Source: Promethearchaeota archaeon | Lineage (GTDB): Archaea > Asgardarchaeota > Lokiarchaeia > Sigyniarchaeales > SOKP01 | Reading direction: 5' to 3' | DNA length: 17,725 bases | Assembly: GCA_004524535.1 (NCBI GenBank) | Contig: SDNY01000074.1 | Span: 1 to 17,725 of the forward strand | Shown here: one piece after another, positions 1-7,460 of the stretch | Position numbering within the stretch: position 1 is the first letter of the stretch | Layout: each line of letters begins with the position of its first letter | Translations under genes and position numbers: made by a program | The notes under the pieces: model-generated | Databases searched by the model: none | What the model saw: the letters and a program-made list of their open reading frames with translations, nothing else | What the model was told of the DNA's origin: nothing

Positions 1-127
1 CAGTTCTATTTATCGATTTTAGCAAGTTATTTAAGGAATTTTATAAAATAAGTCATTATTTATAAATCTAAGAAATTATTTTTACTTAAAACATTGAAAT
101 TTATAAAAATAAAAAAAGGGTGTAAAA

Positions 128-331
128 ATGCCGGGAAAAGAGATTGGGATTATTGGTGTAATTTTAGGTTTAGTTATGAACATAATTTCAATAATCATCA
201 TAGTTATTATAGGAACTAACGAAGGGGGAATGTTGGCTACTCATATCATTGTTTTAATTACTCTTATCTTGAATATCTTCTTAATAATCGTTTTTCTCAT
301 ACTCTTACTTGCTGCGACAAGGGGTACATAG
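128..331 (+). CDS. Small membrane protein with two predicted transmembrane helices
   Basis: 67-aa ORF with an ATG start preceded by purine-rich AAGGGTG. Two long Ile/Leu/Val-rich stretches are separated by GTNEGG. No family recognised. Confidence 0.65.
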   Translation: MPGKEIGIIGVILGLVMNIISIIIIVIIGTNEGGMLATHIIVLITLILNIFLIIVFLILLLAATRGT

Positions 332-559
332 AATTAAAAAATTCAAATTAAGCAAGGATTCTAATTTTTTTTTTATGAATCGATTTAATTTATCTAAATT
401 ACTAATTTTACCCAATCACTTAAATTTATATGTTTCTTTTTTTTTAATATTAATAAGATATATTTTTTACTAAATAGATATATATTTTAGTAAATAAATC
501 GTATCTAAGTAAGAAGATAAAACAGAAAATTGAAACAAAATCAACTCGGGAAGAAAGAG

Positions 560-730
560 ATGACAGAACAAAAATTAAAAACAAAGTCAAAAGGCTATAT
601 CTGTGAAAAGTGCGGTAATATTATGTTCCCGAGAGTGCTTGCTGTTAAAAAATCTAAGAACTTTAATTTTATAAAAATAATTCAATGTAATGTATGTCGT
701 CATTATGTTGAATTAAAAAAAAAACAATAG
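560..730 (+). CDS. Small zinc-ribbon protein (CxxC...CxxC), 56 aa
   Basis: Contains CEKC and CNVC knuckles. ATG 560, after GGAAGAAAGAG, is preferred to the TTG at 530 given in the ORF track. Confidence 0.7.
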   Translation: MTEQKLKTKSKGYICEKCGNIMFPRVLAVKKSKNFNFIKIIQCNVCRHYVELKKKQ

Positions 731-968
731 AATTAACTATATCAATAATCCAAATTTAATCTATTTACAAACTTCTATTTCTTCATTTAGGTTTTTAAAA
801 TTAACTATATGACTGAATTAAATTTTGCTCAATTCAAGTCTATTTAAAATTATCTTTTGAAACGCTAAAAAGTAGATCCATTAATAAATTATATAATATA
901 TTATTATTTTGAAAATCAAATATCATATATGGAATTTAATATAAAAAATAAAAAGGAATAAATGTATT

Positions 969-1226
969 ATGAGAATCTCTGTGGAAGATAGTCGGACAGG
1001 CAAGCTGATTAAGCTCGATGTAAAAGAACATCATCAGATTGAACGAATTGTAGACATTATCGTCAAACATATGGGGATTATAAGCACTGAACAACGCTCA
1101 TATACTTTAGTTTTGAACGATCAGGAATTGCCTACAACCATAACAATACAAGATGCTATTCACAAATATGGCTTAAAAGAAAATGACAAATTAGCCTTAT
1201 GGGCTAGAGTAGTTGGGGGCTTTTAA
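969..1226 (+). CDS. Ubiquitin-like (beta-grasp) modifier precursor ending in ...ARVVGG-F
   Basis: 85 aa with a ubiquitin-like pattern (MRISV..RTGK.IKLDV, YTLVLNDQEL, YGLKENDKLAL) and a di-Gly one residue before the stop. Lies next to E2, E1 and JAB genes. Confidence 0.88.
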   Translation: MRISVEDSRTGKLIKLDVKEHHQIERIVDIIVKHMGIISTEQRSYTLVLNDQELPTTITIQDAIHKYGLKENDKLALWARVVGGF

Positions 1227-1819
1227 TCGTCGATTATAAGAATATCTTCATCTGCTTCTTCTACTTCTTCTTTTTCAAAATCGTATTTTTCTTTAAGATC
1301 TGCCATCTTATTTTGTTTGAAAAATTCAGTAGCCTCTAAACAAATAGGATAATTTAATGGATCCTCGGGATTTGGATTTTCTACGAGTAGTTTTAGTGCT
1401 TTTATAGTAGTGTCCATATCAGATAAGAGGCTCCATTTCTTGAGCACGTTTAAACATATATATCCCGTTCCAGTTTCACCAGAACCTAATTCGACTGGAT
1501 GGATATTCGGGTGGAAGATAGGGGAATACCAAGCAAAATCTATGCCTCCTGGATAGGGGAAGTTTCGATTAAGTTTCAGCATAATTTTATGATTCTTTTG
1601 AGGGATTAAATCCAAGCTTTCCGCCCCCTCCTTTAAAATAAACCCTAATGATTTTATATTTACAATAAATTCAACTGAGTTTTCCTTGTAAATTATGCTA
1701 TTTTTCTCAAGAACATTTAAATGTTCTAAAGACTCTAGTTCATTTTCGATACGGTCTTTCCAAATTTCCAGATCTCTAAGGAAATCTTAGATTTTTTCTA
1801 GTGGTAATTCTGGACTCAT
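1223..1819 (-). CDS. Ubiquitin-conjugating enzyme E2, interrupted at 1766-1795 by a 30-nt insertion carrying an in-frame TAA (188 aa if removed)
   Basis: UBC motifs NFPY, IFHPNI, GYICL (catalytic Cys), W-S and NPNPEDPLN. The same frame is open upstream of the tracked TTG 1615 and encodes an E2 helix-1 pattern (WKDRIENELESL). ATG 1819 is in frame and TAA lies at 1789-1787. The family call is firm; the 5' structure is inferred. Confidence 0.85.
1766..1795 (-). other. Candidate 30-nt bulge-helix-bulge (BHB) intron in the E2 mRNA
   Basis: Minus strand reads CCA-CUAG-AA^A-AAA-UCUAAG-AUUUC-CUUAGA-GAU-CUGG-AA^A-UUUGG. It has a 4-bp helix CUAG/CUGG with an AAA 3' of each strand and a 6-bp internal stem. 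Excision is in frame and removes the stop. Confidence 0.5.
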
Positions 1820-1951
1820 TCCAATGCACTTCTTAAATTTTATATTGTCATATTCCGTTAGTTTTGAAATTCTTATATTTAATAATTAATTATTGCAAAA
1901 AAATTTAAATCTTTATAATTTAAGAAAAAAAAATATCCTTTAAATTAAATA

Positions 1952-4257
1952 TTAAATAAACTCATCCATATATCTTAATGATCTTTTTTTAAGTCTCCTT
2001 TTTTGTCTCTCGGTTAAGAATTTTTCTTTTTTTATAAGTGGGAATATTCTAAATTTTTTAATTGCATATCTAAACTCAATAGTTGTATTTAAATTTTTTT
2101 CTTGTTGTTCGAATTCTTTTTCTTTTCTCTCAATATATTCTTTTAAGGAATCTAAGTTTTTTTCTTTAATAAATTCAATCAAAGTTTCAAATTCCTCTTT
2201 ATACCATCCATTTATACCAATGAATTTATTAAAAAGCTGAATTGATAAAATCCAATATTGTCTTTATACTTAAATTTACTCATATCTATTTGGTTAAATT
2301 CCACTCCAGATACATTAAAACCAGTTGTATCAACGATAAAAAATAACAAACGCGCATGTTGATATTTTCCAATTTTCTCCTCGATATTTCTTAGCTAAAA
2401 ATTACTAGTAAAATCGAAAGTGATAAAATCTATTTTATTAATTATCTTTTCAGAGATACTTAATGTATTTAAGAGATCAGAATTATGTAGAAGTTTATTT
2501 AATAAGTTATTATGATTAATTAATATCCCATCGATTCTAACATTTCTATTAGAAAAAAGAACAATCTCATTGAAATAATCAATTTTAATTGATTTAAAAA
2601 AATCAGTTAAAATAAATTTTAATGCAGAGTGGCCAAAAATACCTATATCTGCATCATATGAAGTGGGGAATCGATTCTTATAATCATCTATAGAATTTTT
2701 ATATATAATATTTTGGGAGATCCAACTTATTGAATGTGTACTTAAATATAAACCATGAAATTTTAGGAAAGAACTGATTTCACTCAAATTATAATGTGTT
2801 GTCTTGATTTTATTTATAACAAATTTATATATTTCACGATTATCATTGATTTCATCGCATTTTTTTAATAATTCCAATTTTCTTTTATTAGTTAAATTTT
2901 TATGGTTTATTATCCAATTCTCAAAATCTGAGGCTGTAAATTCTCCATAATTTGGATATTTTCTTTTCTGACGATAATAGTTCATAAAAAATTTCTTTAG
3001 ATCATATATATTTTGAAATTTTTTAACATTCCACTTTTGATTTAACCATAAAGGCACTTCTTCATTTACAGGAAATCTTTTTTGATATAACTTTTTATTA
3101 TTTCCAAAATACTTAAGACTAATATCCGTAATTACTTCATAATAACAAGATAATCCCATTCTTTCTAGCAAATTAATAATTTTTTGAATAGAAAAAGATG
3201 TATTAATAATCTTATCAACAATAAACTTCTGTATCTGATTCTTTATCATAATATTATCGCATAGACTTATAAATTTAAATTTCTTTTCAGAATTAGTATC
3301 TAATTCTTCTCTAATCCACTTTTCAAATTTAGGAGTAAAATTTAATGCTAAATTTGGATATTCGTCTTTCTGCTCATAATATTGTTTAAATAAAAGCCAG
3401 ATCTCAATATTATTTAAATCATCATAATCTAAATCCTTTAAATCTTCCATTGTGTAGCTAAATTGTTGAGGAAATCTTTCCTTGTGTTTGTTTAGATCAT
3501 TATTAAATACATTTTCTAAGGCAACCATGCTGATCCAATCCTTAGATATATAAATACCTAATCTTTTTGAGTATGCTGAGATTTTTCGTTGAGATAAAGA
3601 GGTATTTCTAATGTTATCTATGACAAATTTACGAATCTCCAAGTTGCTATTTATTTCATAACATTTCTGAATAGATTTTTCTGCTTCAGAAGGATAATTC
3701 TCTTTAAGCCAATTATAAAAATCTGGAATAATCCGATCTCCTATATTTGCATATTTGAATTGTTTAGCAGTCTTTCTTATATAATTGTGATATTTCTTAA
3801 GTTTATTTTGTAAATTATAATCTAACAAATTAGAATATGATTTAGAATTGATTTTGATTATATCATTTTTAAATAATTTAATAGTTGAAAATCGAAAATC
3901 TTCATTAAAATCATGATTTTTCTTTAAAAAGTCAATTATTTTACTAAGAAAATGCGCGTTTGTATGTGTTGCTCTAATAATGTCAGATTTAAACTGTCCT
4001 TTTGATTTATCAAGTAATCTTTCCATGATATCTGCAACAGTTATGATATAACGGATTTTATTGACATTTTTCTTATTATATTTTAAAGAATTTAGAATTT
4101 CTGAAATTATATTATCTCTATTTAGTAAAAAATCATTTTTAGTTATATCAGGATGCTGTATTTTTTTATATATTCCTTCAAACACTTTATAAATATCATC
4201 TCCTCTAAATGGAGCACCTTTAAAACTATAAAATTTATTATTTTCTTTTTCACTCAT
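1952..4257 (-). pseudogene. Disrupted ~768-aa protein: three ~134-aa repeats plus a C-terminal PD-(D/E)XK-like nuclease domain
   Basis: The 620-aa ORF stops at TAG 2397-2395, but the frame stays open (LRNIEEKIGKYQHARLLFFIV...) to 2215. A 1-nt frameshift between 2263 and 2215 joins it to the frame of ORF 1952..2182. Nuclease-like pattern: IG..GH, E, RIDG, FDFT. Confidence 0.7.
2665..3765 (-). repeat. Three tandem protein-level repeats ending in K-x-R-F-P
   Basis: RFP occurs at aa 261, 394 and 529. Shared pattern: Y(P/A)N...F..W...C..I....I.KF.I..I..T..S...I......G. Confidence 0.8.
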
Positions 4258-4464
4258 AAAATATCTTTATTTTAATAATTTTAAATAGTCGCAATTAATT
4301 TATAGTTAAATTATGTATTTAAATCATCTTTAATTAGCTAACTTAAAATAGGGATGAGATCTACCACTCATCATTATGTAATATTATCTAAATATATTTA
4401 AAAAAGAGGAGTGAAAGTATTTTCTGTGATATTTATAACTTTGTTCATAACCATATATAAGAAT

Positions 4465-5352
4465 TTATTTTTTGTTATATTTTGATGAACAAATCCAACA
4501 TTTAGGATTTTTTATTTTTTTTATTATATCAAATTTATTTGTGAGTCCATTATAATTTAGTTGTTTATTAATAAGTGGTTCTCCTATGTTTGGATGCCAT
4601 TTTCCATGTTCTTTGAAATAATCTATTCCTAAGACAAATTTTAATACCTGTTGTGTTTGAATTCCACCAATTATAGCGGTAGTAGTAATTATAGTGGCTA
4701 TTTTTCCCATTGTCTCCCCATTTTCGGACTTTATTTCTTGTCCAGTACAGGAAAATTTTTTCCACATCAAGTTTAAATCAGTTCCAGTTATTGCACATTG
4801 TAAACAAGCTGCATTTTTAACTCCTGAATATACAGCTTGTACAGAACCAAAAAATCCATCGATACCACTGTCAATAAAAGGAATACCATAATAATAGGTA
4901 TAATTATTTGCTTGAAGTCGGGCTTCGATATTATCAAGACATGAACAGACCACATCAGACTGTTTATAAAGATTTTTGTCAATATCATTTAAATCTTGAT
5001 TTACTGCAACAATTTCTACTTCTGGATTTAGATTTTCGCAGGCTTCTTTAACAACATCAACTTTATATTTATTATCAATTGAACATTCCATGTTAAATAA
5101 TACACAACGATTAAGGTTAGATTTCTCAATAATATCATAATCGATTAAAATAATTTTTTTAATACCAGTAAGTACTAGATTTTTAATTAATTCATTTCCA
5201 GTAGCTCCAGCACCCACAACCATAATCGTTGCATTCGATATTTTATTTTGATCCCATCCAGCTATTCGTTTTTGACGATCGTAAATATCCTCATCTATAG
5301 ATTCTACTCCCAATACTTTATAATCTTTATTAATATCTTTCTTTCTTTTCAT
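4465..5352 (-). CDS. Ubiquitin-activating E1-like enzyme (ThiF/MoeB/UBA family)
   Basis: YDRQ, VVGAGATG nucleotide-binding loop, D.D.IEKSNLNR, CLDNIEAR, zinc pairs CLQC and CWIC, and a likely catalytic Cys in FSCTG. Confidence 0.93.
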   Translation of the reverse strand: MKRKKDINKDYKVLGVESIDEDIYDRQKRIAGWDQNKISNATIMVVGAGATGNELIKNLVLTGIKKIILIDYDIIEKSNLNRCVLFNMECSIDNKYKVDVVKEACENLNPEVEIVAVNQDLNDIDKNLYKQSDVVCSCLDNIEARLQANNYTYYYGIPFIDSGIDGFFGSVQAVYSGVKNAACLQCAITGTDLNLMWKKFSCTGQEIKSENGETMGKIATIITTTAIIGGIQTQQVLKFVLGIDYFKEHGKWHPNIGEPLINKQLNYNGLTNKFDIIKKIKNPKCWICSSKYNKK

Positions 5353-5376
5353 TTTTGCTTTGACATAATAAATTAT

Positions 5377-5871
5377 TCATTTTCGGGAAATAATAGCAAA
5401 ACTTATTGGTTTGTATCCATTTTCAGAATTATTATCAAGACTAAAAAATTTATAATATTTTTTTATGGGATCCACGACTAAAGCTACTTGATACGACTCA
5501 GGAAAGAAAAATCTCTGAGTATCCACATCAGTCGAACTCAAGAAACATCCAAAATCGGGATGTGAGTGCCACCACCCAACTATTCTTAAGTCTTCATTAT
5601 TTTTTTTACTTTTTAACTTCTGAAATTTTTTTTCGTATTTACCCGCAGTTCCTTCTATTTGTGTCGTTGAATATTTATGGCTATGAACAGCACCAGAAAT
5701 ATAAAGTTGATATTCAATGACAACATAAATTATTTCCTTCCATTTTAAAATGTTTCCAATTAAGTAGCCAAAAATTTCTAATTCGTTTTTTATACATAAT
5801 TTTTTAATATAATTTAAAACATCTTCTTCTATATATACGGGGAATACAAAATTTTTTGCATCAATCGTCAT
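5377..5871 (-). CDS. JAB/MPN+ (JAMM) metalloprotease, Rpn11/CSN5-like deubiquitinase
   Basis: N-terminal Glu in LEIFGYLIG, JAMM motif IVGWWHSHPDFGCFLSSTDVDTQ, and ALVVDP. Confidence 0.93.
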   Translation of the reverse strand: MTIDAKNFVFPVYIEEDVLNYIKKLCIKNELEIFGYLIGNILKWKEIIYVVIEYQLYISGAVHSHKYSTTQIEGTAGKYEKKFQKLKSKKNNEDLRIVGWWHSHPDFGCFLSSTDVDTQRFFFPESYQVALVVDPIKKYYKFFSLDNNSENGYKPISFAIISRK

Positions 5872-5901
5872 TTTTTATATAAAAATCTGTTTCTTATTTT
5901 T

Positions 5902-6819
5902 TTAAGATTCTTTATATTGCCTTGCTTTTAATTTCTCTACGATTGAAATCTTTAACATTTCAGTAAATATTGAATAGATTTTTTCTTTTGAGTCTTCTTT
6001 AATCGCTGAGAAGCCGTATGTTTTTATTTCAAAAGCTTTTTCAATTTTTTCAGGTTCAAACGCAGACTCCTTTAAATCTTGAAAATTTGCTATAATATAA
6101 AAATCGGCTTTCTTAACTAATGGTTTCAATCGGTTAAATAAATTCCTAGTTCTACCCAAGTTACTAGCTGCTGAATTAGATACAATACAAATAATTTCGA
6201 CAGAGTCTAATAATTTTCTATAAAGTTTTGATTTATTTACCAATTCTTCTAAATCTATTTCTCTTAATTTAAATTGCTTTAAATTTTCTAAACCAGATAC
6301 TCCTATAAGTTTTTCAATTATTTCATTTAAATCCTCATCCAATTCGAGGACAGTCTGACCAGGAAACAAATCCATTATTGTAGACTTCCCTACTCCAACC
6401 TCACCAATTAATATTATTTTTGGAGGGATAAATATATTTTCTTCGATGAAGTCATCAAAATTTTGGAACTCTGAAACATTTCCGGTAAAATCTTTTAAAT
6501 TTTGACTGTATCTTTTTATAAATTCAGATTTCATTAGGTCTACTTTTGGTCTAGCTTCTTCTTCTAAGTCGTCTATATCGGTCACAATAATAAACATGCA
6601 GCCAAATTCGTTATCATAAGAATATATAAAATTGAAGTTTCTAAAGTTTAAAGCCTTAATATCTCCCCCTTTAATTTCTTGTGCAAAACTGCTAATTGCT
6701 GTAAGAAAACCACTAATTAAATCGTCATCAGCTTCTAAATCACTGGTGCTCTTTCCAAAAAAATTTTTAGAATAACACAAAATCCCTCCTGCCGCTATAA
6801 TTAGTATTCTTGAAATCAT
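5902..6819 (-). CDS. Longin-domain / small-GTPase-like fusion protein with degenerate G3 and G4
   Basis: N-terminal longin pattern (ILII..GGILCYSKNF, DDLISGFLTAISSFAQEI, FIIVTD). C-terminal P-loop GEVGVGKST, IIANFQD and SAI. Confidence 0.8.
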   Translation of the reverse strand: MISRILIIAAGGILCYSKNFFGKSTSDLEADDDLISGFLTAISSFAQEIKGGDIKALNFRNFNFIYSYDNEFGCMFIIVTDIDDLEEEARPKVDLMKSEFIKRYSQNLKDFTGNVSEFQNFDDFIEENIFIPPKIILIGEVGVGKSTIMDLFPGQTVLELDEDLNEIIEKLIGVSGLENLKQFKLREIDLEELVNKSKLYRKLLDSVEIICIVSNSAASNLGRTRNLFNRLKPLVKKADFYIIANFQDLKESAFEPEKIEKAFEIKTYGFSAIKEDSKEKIYSIFTEMLKISIVEKLKARQYKES

Positions 6820-7460
6820 TTTTGTTTTCTTTTTTCCACTTGATAATTGATTTGAATTGAATAGATTTAAAATGATAAATTTTTATTAATTTTTATTTTA
6901 ATCATTCAGATGTTCACGTATAATTTAATTATTTATATGTTTTTTATATTTTTTAATTTATCTTGTTTTAGATTAATAATTACTCTAATGAAATTGAAAA
7001 AAGAATAGACTCAGATTATCGTTTAAGAAATATTTAAAATTCCTCGCTTCTCATATCAAAAATTTGTATCCAGATCACGAAAATAAATATATTATAGCGA
7101 ATTAAAATTAATATTAAAATAAATATAGAACTAACAAGGGTAAATACATTGGGAGAGAAAGAAGAAAAGCACCCAACTATAGTAGAAACTGAAGAGAAAG
7201 AAATACCGGAAAAAAAACCACCTAATGATAAAATTCTCAATTTCACCATAGCAAATAACAAAGATAAAAATTAGGTAAATCCCAATCGATTTTTGTATTA
7301 TTTATTTACTCAAATTTTTTTTATGCTATGGAAAAATATCTTTTAATGATTTTCCACCATCTAAAAGAATTCATTAAATAAAGTATTGTAGAAAAAGTGA
7401 AAGAAATTGATTTTTTAAAAGATAAATATATTTTAGTTTAAAAATAATATAAGATTAGAG

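Noticed and set aside
731-810. Direct repeat AATTAACTATAT at 731-742 and 799-810
   Set aside because: Only two AT-rich copies; not a CRISPR array and plausible by chance.
1613-1633. TTG 1615 as the true E2 start (an AAGGAGG lies 11 nt upstream)
   Set aside because: It would delete helix 1 and the first strands of the UBC fold, which are encoded in frame upstream. It cannot be fully excluded as a secondary start.
1952-2182. 76-aa ORF as an independent gene
   Set aside because: Its frame is open upstream to 2263 and it reads as the frameshifted C-terminus of the 2395..4257 gene.
2395-2397. Pyrrolysine or readthrough at the in-frame TAG
   Set aside because: A frameshift follows within about 180 nt, so decay is the simpler explanation. 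No pyl genes are in the window.
4568-5481. ORFs 4568..4765, 4694..4891, 4788..4988 and 5248..5481
   Set aside because: They are alternate-frame or antisense shadows of the E1 and JAB genes, with no recognisable motifs.
7034-7261. 75-aa minus-strand hydrophobic ORF
   Set aside because: Its Phe/Ser/Ile bias simply mirrors the purine-rich plus strand, and no family features are present.
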